Of a DNA stretch of 64,000 bases, positions 9,595-20,318 are shown piece by piece. The DNA is taken from contig JAWCKR010000001.1 in NCBI GenBank assembly GCA_038851755.1, positions 71,139 through 135,138 of the forward strand. The letters are read 5' to 3'. The stretch's first letter is position 1, and each line of letters opens with the position of its first letter. Under the pieces are notes generated by a model, which was not told the origin of the DNA, did no database searches, and saw nothing but the letters and a program-made list of their open reading frames with translations. The DNA comes from Candidatus Hadarchaeales archaeon (GTDB lineage: Archaea > Hadarchaeota > Hadarchaeia > Hadarchaeales > WYZ-LMO6). The position numbers were made by a program, and so were the translations under genes.

Positions 9595-11187
9595 ATGGAG
9601 CTCAAGAAAACCACCTCACTCTGCCCGGAGTGCCTCAGTATTCTCCAGGCGACCCTTTACGAGAAAGATGGCAAGGTCTGGATGAAGAAGGTCTGCCCGG
9701 AGCACGGGGAGTTCGAGGAGGTTTACAGCGGGTCCTCCGAGTGGTACAGGAGGGCCGAACGGTACGCGATGGACGGAAGGGGGGTGGAGAACCCGCAGGT
9801 GACCAAGAAGGATCCCTCCTGCCCTCAAGACTGCGGCCTGTGCAGCCTCCACCTGAGCCATACGGCGCTTGCAAACATCGTGCTGACGAACAGGTGCGAT
9901 CTGACGTGCTGGTATTGCTTTTTTTTCGCCCAGCGACTCGGCTACGTCTACGAGCCCACCCTCAAGCAAATTGAGGAGATGCTCAAGGTCCTCAAGAGCG
10001 AGAAACCCATCGCGTGCAACGCGGTGCAACTGACGGGTGGGGAGCCCTGCCTGAGGGAGGATCTCCTCGAGATCATAAGGCTGATCAAATCTTACGACTT
10101 CGACCACATCCAGCTCAACACCAACGGGATAAGGCTGGCGCAGGAACCGGAACTCGCGTCGAAGGTCCGCGAGGCCGGGGTGAACACCCTCTACCTCAGT
10201 TTCGATGGGGTGAGCGAGAAAACGAACCCCAAAAACCACTGGGAGTTCCCCCTGGCCCTGGAGAACTGCCGGAAAGCGGGACTGGGGATAGTGCTCGTAC
10301 CCACCGTCATCAAGGGAGTGAACGACCATGAGATCGGGGACATCGTGAAGTACGCCTTCAGGAACCTCGACATCGTCAGAAGCGTGAACTTCCAGCCGGT
10401 TTCCCTCGTGGGGAGGATGCCCCGCGAGGAGAGGGACCGGTACAGGATAACCATCCCCGACGTCATCAAGAAACTGGAGGAGCAGACCAACGGGGAGGTA
10501 ACCCTGCAGGACTTTTTCCCCGTGCCCACGGCCCTCGTGATAAGCAGGTTCATCGAGGGGCTCACGGGCAGACCGAGCTACGACCTCAGCTCCCACTTCG
10601 CGTGCGGAGCGGCGACCTACGTGTTCAGGGAGAACGGAAGGATGATCCCGATCACCAGGTTCATAGACGTGGAGGGCTTCCTGGAGTACATGAGGGAGAA
10701 GACGGAGGAGCTGAAGAGGGGAAAGAGCAGGACCCTCATGAAACTGAAGCTCCTCGCCTCCATAGGGAAGTTCATAGACTCGAGGAAGAAGCCCAGGGAC
10801 CTCAAGCTGGGCAGGCTCATCTATCAGATTTTCGTGAGACGGAACTACGGCGCCCTCGGCCAGTTCCACATGAAGTCCCTCTTCATAGGGATGATGCACT
10901 TCATGGACCTCTACAACTACGACGTGGAGAGGGTGAAGAGGTGCTGCATCCACTACGTGATGAGCGACAACAGGGTGGTTCCCTTCTGCGCCTTCAACGT
11001 CATCCCCGAGTGGTACAGGGACAAGGACCAGGAGAGCCAGGGAGTCCCCATAGAGGAGTGGGAGAGGAGGACCGGGAAGAAGCTCAGGGACGACCTCTAC
11101 AAGCGCGACGTGGAAAGGCTCAAGCGGACGGACGCTTACCGTAAGTTCGAGCAGGATCTGAAGGAGATAAAGTCAGGCCTTTACTAG
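9595..11187 (+). CDS. tes: Radical SAM tetraether lipid synthase (Tes/GDGT-MAS family)
   Basis: N-terminal SLCPEC...KVCPEHG, CPQDCGLC, CDLTCWYC (CxxxCxxC), NFQPVSLVGR, HFMDLYNYDVERVKRCCIHY, VPFCAFN. Confidence 0.9.
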   Translation: MELKKTTSLCPECLSILQATLYEKDGKVWMKKVCPEHGEFEEVYSGSSEWYRRAERYAMDGRGVENPQVTKKDPSCPQDCGLCSLHLSHTALANIVLTNRCDLTCWYCFFFAQRLGYVYEPTLKQIEEMLKVLKSEKPIACNAVQLTGGEPCLREDLLEIIRLIKSYDFDHIQLNTNGIRLAQEPELASKVREAGVNTLYLSFDGVSEKTNPKNHWEFPLALENCRKAGLGIVLVPTVIKGVNDHEIGDIVKYAFRNLDIVRSVNFQPVSLVGRMPREERDRYRITIPDVIKKLEEQTNGEVTLQDFFPVPTALVISRFIEGLTGRPSYDLSSHFACGAATYVFRENGRMIPITRFIDVEGFLEYMREKTEELKRGKSRTLMKLKLLASIGKFIDSRKKPRDLKLGRLIYQIFVRRNYGALGQFHMKSLFIGMMHFMDLYNYDVERVKRCCIHYVMSDNRVVPFCAFNVIPEWYRDKDQESQGVPIEEWERRTGKKLRDDLYKRDVERLKRTDAYRKFEQDLKEIKSGLY

Positions 11188-11244
11188 CTCGGCGAGCGAT
11201 GCGCAACGCTTCCCTTATAAGTCCACCGGAAAAGTTAGCTGAAG

Positions 11245-12414
11245 ATGTCAGAGCAACAGGAGTACGACGTGATCGTGGTGGGTGCAGGGCCCGCGGGCCT
11301 GATGGCTTCCAGGAAGGCCGCTGAGGCCGGGGCCAGCACCCTCCTGCTGGAGAGGGAGAACTCCCTGGGGAAAAAGCCCTGCGGGGAGGCTGTGTCCGTG
11401 TCCACGCTCGAGGACGCCGGAGTGAAGGGAGGGAGGTTCATCCGCAACCGCGTGGAGATCTTCAGGGTGCACGCCCCTGACGAGCGGAAGTACGTGGACA
11501 TCCTCTCCCGCAAGCTGGGAACGGCGGGATACGTGATAGAGAAGGGACTCTTCCTGAAAGAGCTGGCCTACCTGGCCGTCAAGAGGGGAGTGGAGATGAG
11601 GATGGGTTCGCCCGTGCTGGACCTGAGGAGGGTGGAGGGGTGGTGGGAGGTCCTAGTCAAGCAGGGGGCGGAGAGGAGGAAGTTCAGGGGAAAGATAGTG
11701 ATAGGATGCGACGGGGTGAACTCGGTGGTGGCCGGGAAGGCCCTGCGGGTGAAAAAGCCCGAGGTCATCCCCTGCTTCCAGTACAAGATGGTGAACTGCG
11801 GGGTAGAGGACCCGCACACGCTGGAGGTCTACCTGGGGAAGGAGGTGGCCCCCGGGGGCTACGTGTGGCTCTTCCCGAAGGACGGGGGGGAAGCCAACGT
11901 GGGGATAGGGGTGAGGGGGGCGCCGGCCAAGCCCTACCTAGACCGCTTCCTCTCCTCCCATCCCGAGCTCTTCGGCGGGGCCGGCGTGGTGGAGGTGGGC
12001 GCTGCACCCGTGCCGGTGGGGGGGGAAGTCGAGAGGGTGGTGGGGGAGGGGGTGATGGTGTGCGGGGATGCGGGCGGGCAGGTGATACCCCTCACGGGGG
12101 GAGGAATCCACTCCTCCGTGGTCGCGGGGAAGATGGCGGGAGAGGTGGCGGGAGAGGCCGTGAAGGGGGGCAGGGAACTGCAGGAATACCCCCGGAGATA
12201 CGAGGAGTGGAGCGAAAGGATCTCCCGGAGCCTGAAGGTGCTCAGGCTCATAGAGAAGCTGAGCGACAAGGAGCTGAACCAGCTGGCCGACCTCCTCACC
12301 GGCCAGGACGTGGTGGACCTGGCCAACGGGACCAACCTGAAAAGGGTGGGGAGGAAGCTCCTGCGGCATCCTCACTTCGCCCTCCGCCTGGCGAGGGGGC
12401 TGCTGGGTGGTTGA
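11245..12414 (+). CDS. Geranylgeranyl reductase (digeranylgeranylglycerophospholipid reductase)
   Basis: VVGAGPAG FAD motif, PCGEAV, PGGYVWLFPK, GDAGGQVIPLTGGGI. Confidence 0.9.
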   Translation: MSEQQEYDVIVVGAGPAGLMASRKAAEAGASTLLLERENSLGKKPCGEAVSVSTLEDAGVKGGRFIRNRVEIFRVHAPDERKYVDILSRKLGTAGYVIEKGLFLKELAYLAVKRGVEMRMGSPVLDLRRVEGWWEVLVKQGAERRKFRGKIVIGCDGVNSVVAGKALRVKKPEVIPCFQYKMVNCGVEDPHTLEVYLGKEVAPGGYVWLFPKDGGEANVGIGVRGAPAKPYLDRFLSSHPELFGGAGVVEVGAAPVPVGGEVERVVGEGVMVCGDAGGQVIPLTGGGIHSSVVAGKMAGEVAGEAVKGGRELQEYPRRYEEWSERISRSLKVLRLIEKLSDKELNQLADLLTGQDVVDLANGTNLKRVGRKLLRHPHFALRLARGLLGG

Positions 12415-13174
12415 GCTGGGCAGGGTGGAGAAGTACCTGAGGGAGGGGATGCGAAAGCATCCGCTGCACCTCACGCTGGTGGACCCCGAGAAGACCCGCG
12501 GGGACAAAGCGGGGGAACTCTGCAGGAGGGCGGAGAAAGCGGGGACCTCGGCCATCATGGTCGGGGGCTCCACCGTGTGCTCCACCACCCTCGTGGACGA
12601 AACGGTGAAGGCCATCAAGAAGGAGGTGGAGCTCCCCGTCATCCTTTTTCCCAACAACCTCTCCGGCATCAGCAGGTACGCCGACGCCATCTTCTTCATG
12701 TCCCTCCTCAACTCCTCCAACCCCTACTTCCTCATCGACGCGCAGGCCCTGGGGGCTCCCCTCGTGAGGGAGTACGGCCTGGAGGTCCTCCCCATGGGCT
12801 ACCTCATCCTGGGACCGGGGGGAACGGCGGGCTTCGTGGGGCAGGCGAGGTTCCTCCCGCTGGAAAAGGCGGAGCTGGCGGCAGCCTACGCTCTAGCCGC
12901 CCAGTACCTGGGGATGCACTTCGTCTACCTGGAAGCGGGCTCGGGGGCCCCCACGCCCGTTCCACCCCAGACCATCTCCGCCGTCCGGAAGTGCGTGGAC
13001 CTCCCCCTCATCGTGGGAGGGGGAATAAGGACGGGAGAGGAGGCCAGGAGGGCGGCGCAGGCCGGGGCGGACCTGGTGGTGACGGGAACGGTGGTGGAGG
13101 AGGGAAGGGTGGAGGAGAAGATAGGGGAAATGGTGGAGGCCCTCCGAAAGGTGCGCCGGGGTAAGGAGCGTTGA
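12407..13174 (+). CDS. Geranylgeranylglyceryl phosphate synthase (group II)
   Basis: HLTLVDPEK, AIMVGGST, FMSLLNS, YLEAGSGA, IVGGGIR. Confidence 0.93.
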   Translation: MVELGRVEKYLREGMRKHPLHLTLVDPEKTRGDKAGELCRRAEKAGTSAIMVGGSTVCSTTLVDETVKAIKKEVELPVILFPNNLSGISRYADAIFFMSLLNSSNPYFLIDAQALGAPLVREYGLEVLPMGYLILGPGGTAGFVGQARFLPLEKAELAAAYALAAQYLGMHFVYLEAGSGAPTPVPPQTISAVRKCVDLPLIVGGGIRTGEEARRAAQAGADLVVTGTVVEEGRVEEKIGEMVEALRKVRRGKER

Positions 13175-14211
13175 GGGACATCCACACCATCGACCTCCCC
13201 ACCAGAGTGGTGGTGGGGAGAAAGGTGATCGAGAAGGTGGGGGAGACCTGCAGGGAGCTGGGCTTGAGGGGGAGGGTCCTGGTGCTCTCTGGTCCCCACA
13301 CCCAAACCAGGGCCGGAAGGAGGGTGATCACCTCACTGGAGGAAGAGGGCTTCGAGCCCAACCTCCTCAGGGTGGAGGGGGAACCCCTGGAGGAGGTGGA
13401 GGAGGAGATCCGGAGGACCAGGCCCTCCTTCCTGGTGGGGGTGGGGGGAGGGAGGGTGATAGACCTGGCCAAGTACTCCTCCTCGAGGGCCCGTCTTCCC
13501 TTCCTCAGCGTCCCCACCGCCGCCTCCCACGACGGCATCGCCAGCTCCAGGGCCTCCCTGCGCAGGCTGGGACCCCTCTCCGTGGACGCACGCACCCCCC
13601 TCGCCATCCTGGCCGACGTGGAGGTGATCTCCCGTTCCCCCCACCGCCTCACGGCGAGCGGGTGCGGTGACCTGATGGCCAAGTTCACCGCCGTGAGGGA
13701 CTGGAGGCTCTCCCACCTCCTCACGGGGGAGTACTACGGGGACTACTCCGCACAGCTGGCCCTGATGAGCGCGGAGGTGACGGCGCGCAACTCCAAGCTG
13801 ATAGGGGAGGGAAAGGAGGAAGGGGTGAGGGTGGTGGTGGAGGCCCTCATCAGCTGCGGGGTGGCCATGTGCATCGCCGGCAGCTCCAGGCCCTGCAGCG
13901 GCTCGGAGCACTCCTTCGCCCACGCGCTCGAGGAGGTCTCCCCCAACCCCTCCCTGCACGGGGAGAGGTGCGGGGTGGGCACCATCCTCATGGCCTACCT
14001 CCACGGGATGAACTGGAAGAGGGTGCGCAGGGTCCTCTCGGAGGTGGGAGCACCCACCACGGCGGAGGAGCTGGGAGTGGAGGGGGAGGCGGTGGTGGAG
14101 GCCATGCTCAGGGCCAGGGAAATCAGGCCCGAGAGGTTCACCATCCTGAACAGGAAAAAGCTGAACAAGGAGATGGCGAGGAGGATAGCGGAAAAAACGG
14201 GAGTGGTCTAG
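13171..14211 (+). CDS. egsA: sn-glycerol-1-phosphate dehydrogenase
   Basis: GVGGGRVIDLAK, PTAASHDGIAS, SSRPCSGSEH, LHGERCGVGT. Confidence 0.94.
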   Translation: MRDIHTIDLPTRVVVGRKVIEKVGETCRELGLRGRVLVLSGPHTQTRAGRRVITSLEEEGFEPNLLRVEGEPLEEVEEEIRRTRPSFLVGVGGGRVIDLAKYSSSRARLPFLSVPTAASHDGIASSRASLRRLGPLSVDARTPLAILADVEVISRSPHRLTASGCGDLMAKFTAVRDWRLSHLLTGEYYGDYSAQLALMSAEVTARNSKLIGEGKEEGVRVVVEALISCGVAMCIAGSSRPCSGSEHSFAHALEEVSPNPSLHGERCGVGTILMAYLHGMNWKRVRRVLSEVGAPTTAEELGVEGEAVVEAMLRAREIRPERFTILNRKKLNKEMARRIAEKTGVV

Positions 14212-15302
14212 GAGGGAAAGCCCGTCTCGGAGAGGAGCTCCCGGGAAGAGTTCCCGAAGACCTCCTTTCTCATCTCCTCGAGCAGGAGGTCAAGGTTCCT
14301 CCCCTCCTTCGCGGAGATGGGGAGGACGGGAAGGGGGAGCCTGCCCAGCACCTCCATCTTCTCCCCCAGCTCCTGAGGGGAGAGGAGGTCCACCTTGTTG
14401 AGGGCCACCAGGATCCTCAGTCCCCTCTCCGAGAGGATCTCCAGACTCACCTTGAGCTTCCTGAGGATCTCCGACATGGGGTCGCTTCCGTCCACCACCA
14501 GGACCACCAGGTCCGCGGAGTAAATCTCCTCGAGGGCCGCCTTGAAGGCCTCCACCATCCAGGGGGGCAGTCCCTCGATGAAGCCCACGGAGTCCGTCAT
14601 CAGGACCCTCTCGCAGCCCTTCACGGCCCTCGTCCTGACCGTCAGGGTGGTGAACATCCTGTCGTCCACCTCCACATCGGAGCGGGTGAGGGCGTTCAGG
14701 AGGGTGGACTTGCCGGCGTTGGTGTACCCCGCCAGAGCCACCAGCCTGAAACCCCTCCTCCTGCGCTGACCCCTCCTCTTCTCCCTCGACTCCGCCAGGG
14801 CCCTGAGCTTCTTCCTAAGGATGGCCATCCTCCTCTTCACCATGTCCAGGTACATGTTGAGCTCGTACTCACCCCTCCCCCGGAACCCTGGCTGCTCGAC
14901 CGAGAGGAGGTTCCTTATCCTCTCCCTCAGCCTGGGGAATTCGTAGCTGAGCCTGGCGTACTCCACCTGCAGCTTCGCCTCCGGTGATCCGGCCCTGCGG
15001 GCGAAGATCTCCAGGATGAGCTGAAACCTGTCCATCACCTCCACCCCCAGGGCCCTGTTCAGGTTGAAGAGCTGCGAGGGGGTGAGCTGGTTGGCGAAGA
15101 TCACGAGCTCCGCCCCCTTCAGCCTCACGAGCTCGGCCACCTCCCCCACCTTCCCCCTTCCTATCTGGAAGGCCGGATCGGCCTCCCTCACCTGCACCAC
15201 CTTCCCCACCACCTCGTGCCCCATGGTCTCGGCCAGCTCCTGCAGCTCCCCCAGCTCGTCCCTTCCGCCCGGCTGCACCCTCTGCACGAGAACGGTACGC
15301 AT
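14208..15302 (-). CDS. hflX: GTPase HflX
   Basis: DRFQLILEIF, EAKLQVE, GYTNAGKSTL, FTTL, DSVGFI, NKVD. Confidence 0.93.
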   Translation of the reverse strand: MRTVLVQRVQPGGRDELGELQELAETMGHEVVGKVVQVREADPAFQIGRGKVGEVAELVRLKGAELVIFANQLTPSQLFNLNRALGVEVMDRFQLILEIFARRAGSPEAKLQVEYARLSYEFPRLRERIRNLLSVEQPGFRGRGEYELNMYLDMVKRRMAILRKKLRALAESREKRRGQRRRRGFRLVALAGYTNAGKSTLLNALTRSDVEVDDRMFTTLTVRTRAVKGCERVLMTDSVGFIEGLPPWMVEAFKAALEEIYSADLVVLVVDGSDPMSEILRKLKVSLEILSERGLRILVALNKVDLLSPQELGEKMEVLGRLPLPVLPISAKEGRNLDLLLEEMRKEVFGNSSRELLSETGFPS

Positions 15303-15377
15303 CTCAGTAACTGGGTTTCCTGGAGTTTAATCCTGCCCCTCGGCGTCCCTATAAAGTGTACCTCCCAAGGGGGGAAG

Positions 15378-17147
15378 ATGCGGAGGCATGCGCACGCAGA
15401 CCCCGGAGGGAAGAGGAAACGCGCCTCTCTCCTCATGGCCGCGCTGACGATGTCCCCCCTCATCCTTTCCCTCTCCCTCCCGCCAGCCGGTGCCCTCCGC
15501 CTCTCCCCCTCCTACACCTCGGTGGTGGTGGAGTTCCAGATCCTGGAGGACAGGACGGTAAGGGTGGGAGAGAACTGCGTCCTCAACCTCCCAAGTTTCT
15601 ATTCTTCTATCACCATCAAGCGCACCCTTCCCTCCGAGAACGTGCAGGAGCTGGAGGCCTGGTGCGAACCTGGGGAGCTGAGGCTGGAGAACCGAACCGT
15701 GGAGGAGGGGACCGAGGTGACCCTCACCATCTCGTTCAGCTCTCCCTTCCGGGGGGAGCTGAGGTACGGGCTCTCCTACAGGGCGGCGGGATGGGTGGGC
15801 GGGGCTGGGCCCAAGTACGAGGCGGTGCTCGGGGGGGTGAGGATAGGGGCTGGAGGCTACCCCTACGAGAGCTACCGGATCACCATCAGGGGACCTCCCG
15901 GAAGCAAACTCTTCTGGCACGAGCCCAGGGATGCCGTTCCCTCGGCCGATGGCCTCTCCGTCACCTACTCCACCTCCGTGGGGGCACCAGGAAGCTTCGG
16001 AGGGATGCTCGCCACCTTCTACACCACGCCCGTCTACTACAAGCTCACCCTCACGGAGAGCCTGGGGAACTCCGGTGGGAGCAGCTGCGACCTGGTGATG
16101 AACCTCCTCCTCTTCAGCGAGGGGAAGGCGCATTTCGCCTCGCTGGTTACCTCCGACCCTTCGCCCGGCAGCCTCTACGCGGACGAGGAGAACAACTTCT
16201 ACGCCTCCTTCAGGCTGAAGCTGGCGCCAGGTGAGAACAAACGGGTAAAGGTGGAACTGGTGTGGAAGGTGGAGCTGTACGATCCGGGGATTTCCTCCGA
16301 GAACTCAGGTACCCTCGACGACCTGCCCCAGGGCATGGAGGAGTACACGGTGGAAAGGAAGTGGTGGGAGGTGGAGGAGCTGCGCCCCCTCTCCCTCCAG
16401 CTCACGGGAGGGGAGAGGAACCTCTACCTCCTCTGCCGCGAGCTTCTCCGGTGGATGGACGGCGCCATCGCCTACGTGCCCACCCAGGAGAGGCAGGGGG
16501 CCCTGGAGACCTACCGAAGGGGAGCGGGGGACTGCGACTGCCTGAGCGACCTCCTCATCGCCCTGCTCCGGTCCCTGGGCGTGCCCTCCCGCCTCTCCTT
16601 CGGCTGGACCGCGGAGGAAAACGGGGCTGGGAACCACGCCTGGGTGGAGGTCCATCTCCCGGGATGGGGGTGGCAACCGGTGGACCCCACCTGGTCGAAG
16701 GGCTCCGAGAAGTACCTCTTCAGGATGGACCCCCTCCACCTCTGCAGGGGCTCCAGGGGGCTGACCTCCTCCGACTCCTACCTCTCCAGGGCCTACTACG
16801 GGGGCTACCCGGAGGTGGGGCTCGAGGAAGTCTCCCTCGTCCTCCTCTCGGAGGAGGAGGCCCTGCAGGAGTTCCTCCTCTCCGCCCGCACCCTTCTGTG
16901 CCTGGCGGAGGAGGGGGGGGAGGACCCCAGGCTGGAGGTGGCCCGGGAGAGCCTCCGGAGAGCCGAGAACGGCGGGGGAATGGAAGAAGCCCTTCGATCC
17001 CTCTCCCTTTCCCTCTCGGTGCTGAGGGAAAGGGGGAAACCGCTCGAACTCCCCCGCAGGGTTCCCACCTGGGCTCTGGCGCTACTGGCGGGAAGTGCGG
17101 CGGCGCTGGCGTTGGCGCTGGGGCTGGGCCTGAGGAGGAGAGCCTGA
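15378..17147 (+). CDS. Secreted, membrane-anchored transglutaminase-like domain protein
   Basis: N-terminal signal peptide, GDCDC / HAW / DPTW triad, C-terminal TM helix with basic tail; start uncertain. Confidence 0.8.
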   Translation: MRRHAHADPGGKRKRASLLMAALTMSPLILSLSLPPAGALRLSPSYTSVVVEFQILEDRTVRVGENCVLNLPSFYSSITIKRTLPSENVQELEAWCEPGELRLENRTVEEGTEVTLTISFSSPFRGELRYGLSYRAAGWVGGAGPKYEAVLGGVRIGAGGYPYESYRITIRGPPGSKLFWHEPRDAVPSADGLSVTYSTSVGAPGSFGGMLATFYTTPVYYKLTLTESLGNSGGSSCDLVMNLLLFSEGKAHFASLVTSDPSPGSLYADEENNFYASFRLKLAPGENKRVKVELVWKVELYDPGISSENSGTLDDLPQGMEEYTVERKWWEVEELRPLSLQLTGGERNLYLLCRELLRWMDGAIAYVPTQERQGALETYRRGAGDCDCLSDLLIALLRSLGVPSRLSFGWTAEENGAGNHAWVEVHLPGWGWQPVDPTWSKGSEKYLFRMDPLHLCRGSRGLTSSDSYLSRAYYGGYPEVGLEEVSLVLLSEEEALQEFLLSARTLLCLAEEGGEDPRLEVARESLRRAENGGGMEEALRSLSLSLSVLRERGKPLELPRRVPTWALALLAGSAAALALALGLGLRRRA

Positions 17148-18506
17148 CCCGACCCTGGGCAACTCCTTCAGGGCCTTCTCCACCAGCTCCCTCGGGTACT
17201 CGTAGTCCTCCAGCTTCCCCTGCAGGTAGGCGTCCCACGCCCCCAAATCGAGCATGCCATGCCCGCTGCAGTTGAAGAGGATCACCTTTTCCTCCCCCGT
17301 GCGCTTGCACCTCAGGGCCTCGTCCACCACCGCCCTTATCGCGTGGGCCGTCTCGGGGGCGACCACGAAGCCCTCCGCCCTGGCGAAGAGGTTGGCCGCC
17401 TCGAACACCTCGTTCTGGTGGTAGGCCAGGGCACCCACGTAACCCTCCTTGGTGAGCTTGCAGAGGAGGGGGGCGTCACCGTGGTACCTGAGACCACCCG
17501 CGTGGATGGGCGGGGGAACGAAGGTGTGCCCGAGGGTGTACATCTTCAGGAGAGGTGTGAGCCCGGCCGAGTCACCGTGGTCGTAGGTGTAAATCCCCTT
17601 GGTGAGGGTGGGACAGGCTTTGGGCTCGCAGGAGAAGGCCTGCAGCTCGGGCTTTTTCCCCGTGAGCTTGTCCATCAGGAAGGGGAAGAGGAGACCCGCG
17701 TAGTTGCTCCCCCCTCCCACGCACCCGAGGATCACGTCGGGATACTCCCCCGCCAACTCCATCTGTTTCTTGGCCTCCAGCCCCACCACGGTCTGGTGCA
17801 GGAGAACGTGGTTCAGCACGCTTCCCAGGGAGTACTTGGTGTTCCTGTGGGTGACGGCGTCCTCGATGGCCTCGGAGATGGCTATGCCCAGACTGCCGGG
17901 GTTCTGCGGATCCTCCTCCAGAATCCTCCTGCCGTACTCCGTCCTCTCGCTGGGACTGGGAACGCACTCCGCCCCCCATATCTCCATGAGGATCCTCCGG
18001 TAGGGCTTACCCTCGTAGCTAACCCTGACCATGTACACGGTGCACTCCAGCCCGAAGAGCATGGTGGCGAAGGCCAATGCACTTCCCCACTGTCCCGCCC
18101 CCGTTTCCGTGGTCAGCCTCTCCACGCCCTCCTTCATGTTGTAGTAGGCCTGGGCCACCGAGGTGTTCGGCTTGTGGCTCCCCGCGGGGCTCACCCCCTC
18201 CCACTTGTAGTAAATCCTGGCGGGGGTCTTCAGCATGCGCTCCAGCCTGACCGCCCTGTAGAGGGGGGTGGGCCTCCAGATCCTGTAGACCTCCCTCACC
18301 TCCTCGGGGATGGGTATCCACCTCTCCTGGCTGACCTCCTGCTTGATCAGCTCCCTGGGGAAGATGGGCTCCAGATCCTGTGGGCCCACGGGCTTCCCCG
18401 TGGCCGGGTTGAGGGGGGGATCCAGAGGGGAGGGAAGGTCCGCCTGGATGTTGTACCAGGCCTTGGGCAGCTCCTCCTCGTCCAGCAGGAACTTCACGCG
18501 CTCCAT
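17082..18506 (-). CDS. trpB2: TrpB2 (tryptophan synthase beta-like PLP enzyme)
   Basis: [15 protein letters not shown] (PLP lysine), [20 protein letters not shown]. Confidence 0.93.
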   Translation of the reverse strand: MERVKFLLDEEELPKAWYNIQADLPSPLDPPLNPATGKPVGPQDLEPIFPRELIKQEVSQERWIPIPEEVREVYRIWRPTPLYRAVRLERMLKTPARIYYKWEGVSPAGSHKPNTSVAQAYYNMKEGVERLTTETGAGQWGSALAFATMLFGLECTVYMVRVSYEGKPYRRILMEIWGAECVPSPSERTEYGRRILEEDPQNPGSLGIAISEAIEDAVTHRNTKYSLGSVLNHVLLHQTVVGLEAKKQMELAGEYPDVILGCVGGGSNYAGLLFPFLMDKLTGKKPELQAFSCEPKACPTLTKGIYTYDHGDSAGLTPLLKMYTLGHTFVPPPIHAGGLRYHGDAPLLCKLTKEGYVGALAYHQNEVFEAANLFARAEGFVVAPETAHAIRAVVDEALRCKRTGEEKVILFNCSGHGMLDLGAWDAYLQGKLEDYEYPRELVEKALKELPRVGSGSPPQAQPQRQRQRRRTSRQ

Positions 18507-18544
18507 CGGCTCTTCTTTTTTTTCACAAAGAATAAAAATGTTCC

Positions 18545-19204
18545 TTAAGGCACAAATCTGTTCTTCCCCAGGGAAAGGAGGAACTCACGGGTCTTGGTCC
18601 CCAGACCCAGCGTCTCAGCCCTCAGGAGGTCCTCCACCCCATCCACGTCCGTGGCCACCGTCTCCGACCGGTAAATCTTGGGCCTTATCCCCGCCCTGAG
18701 GCTCTCCCTCACATGGAGGGGGAAGCTCTCCCCTCCGAACCTGAGGGGGATCACGTCGGGCGGGCGCAGGAACAGGGCGTTGGTCCCCCGGGCGTAAGAG
18801 GGGGCGATCACCACCTCCCTCTCGGAGGAAGCCATCCCCACTATCCCCTCCACATCATCCACCCTGAGGAAGGGAAGATCGGCGGGGAGGATCAGGACCT
18901 CCCTCGCTCCCTCCCTCACCGCCCTCCCCACCGCCAGCGAGAGGGCCAGGTTCAGCTCCAGCCCGGGCTCCCTCAGGACCTCCGCGCCCATCCCGGAGGC
19001 GAGGCGCAGGACCTCCTCGTCCGGTGAGACCACCACCCTCCTCATCCTCACCCTGGAGAGGACCCCCAGCATGTCAGAAAGCATGCACAGGACCAGTTCC
19101 CTCCTCTCCGGGGGAGTGAGGACCCCCTCGAAGGTGGACTTGGCCCTAGAGAGGGGTTTCAGGGGCAGAACCACCCAGCCTTTTCCTTCCTCCACGGTCT
19201 CCAT
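18545..19204 (-). CDS. cofC: 2-phospho-L-lactate/PEP guanylyltransferase
   Basis: [36 protein letters not shown]; F420 cluster context. Confidence 0.9.
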   Translation of the reverse strand: METVEEGKGWVVLPLKPLSRAKSTFEGVLTPPERRELVLCMLSDMLGVLSRVRMRRVVVSPDEEVLRLASGMGAEVLREPGLELNLALSLAVGRAVREGAREVLILPADLPFLRVDDVEGIVGMASSEREVVIAPSYARGTNALFLRPPDVIPLRFGGESFPLHVRESLRAGIRPKIYRSETVATDVDGVEDLLRAETLGLGTKTREFLLSLGKNRFVP

Positions 19205-19279
19205 GAACTCACGGAAGAAGACGCTTTTACCCCTTCGGAGGGATACGTGATTTATTACCGGGGGCATCGAGGAAAGGGT

Positions 19280-20293
19280 ATGGACCCCCCCCGCAAGGTG
19301 GTGACCTATTCCCTGAACGTCTTCGTGCCCCTCACCAACTTCTGTAGGAACCGATGCGCCTACTGCGGCTTCAGAAGGGAGGAGGGGGAAGCCACCTTCC
19401 TCTCTCCACAGGAGGTCTTCTCCCTCGTGCTAAGGGGGAAGAAGGCCGGATGCTCGGAAGTGCTGCTCACGCTGGGGGAGAGACCCGAGGTCTACCCCTC
19501 AGCGAGGGAGAAGCTCAGGGAGCTGGGCTACCGGACCACCTCCGAGTACCTGGAGGACCTGTGCAGGCACATCCTCAGGTTGGGCCTTCTCCCCCACACC
19601 AACGCGGGGGTGCTGAGCGAGGAAGAGCTGGGCAGGCTCAGGAGGTACAACGCCAGCATGGGGTTGATGCTGGAGTGCGCCGCCAGGCTCGAGGCCCACC
19701 GGGAGAGTCCAGGGAAGGACCCGGAGCTCAGGCTGAGGTTCATAGAGAAGGCCGGGAGGCTCAGGATCCCCTTCACCACGGGCCTCCTGGTGGGGATAGG
19801 GGAGAACCGAGAGGACAGGAGGAGGTCGCTGGAGGAGATAAGAAGACTGCACGAGGAGTACGGGCATATCCAGGAGGTCATCGTCCAGCCCTTTTCTCCC
19901 AAGCCAGGGACCCCGATGGGCGGTTTTCCCCCTCCCAGCCCGGAGGAGCTGCTGGACACCGTGAGGATGGCCGCGGAGATCCTTCCCCCAGACATGGGCA
20001 TCCAGATCCCCCCGAACCTGGTTCCGGATGTGGTGCCCTTCCTCGAGGCTGGGGCCAACGACCTCGGAGGCCTCTCCGAGGTCACCCCTGACTTCGTGAA
20101 TCCGGAGCACAACTGGCCTCCGCTGGGGGAGCTCCGGAGGAAGGTGGAGTCCGCAGGTTTCGAGCTCAGGGAAAGGCTACCCCTTTATCCCAAATACGCG
20201 ACCGATGCCTCTTTCATGTCCGAGGAGGTCAGGAAGGTCACCTCCAGGCTGGCCGATGGGGAAGGCTACAGGCGTCCTCTCCAAAAAGATTAA
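19280..20293 (+). CDS. cofG: FO synthase subunit CofG
   Basis: VTYS.NVFVPLTNFCRNRCAYC, LLPHTNAG, PFTTGLLVGIGE, QIPPNL, DLGG.S...D.VNPE..WP. Confidence 0.93.
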   Translation: MDPPRKVVTYSLNVFVPLTNFCRNRCAYCGFRREEGEATFLSPQEVFSLVLRGKKAGCSEVLLTLGERPEVYPSAREKLRELGYRTTSEYLEDLCRHILRLGLLPHTNAGVLSEEELGRLRRYNASMGLMLECAARLEAHRESPGKDPELRLRFIEKAGRLRIPFTTGLLVGIGENREDRRRSLEEIRRLHEEYGHIQEVIVQPFSPKPGTPMGGFPPPSPEELLDTVRMAAEILPPDMGIQIPPNLVPDVVPFLEAGANDLGGLSEVTPDFVNPEHNWPPLGELRRKVESAGFELRERLPLYPKYATDASFMSEEVRKVTSRLADGEGYRRPLQKD

Positions 20294-20318
20294 GAACGTG
20301 GGAACCAGAGGCTCCAAC

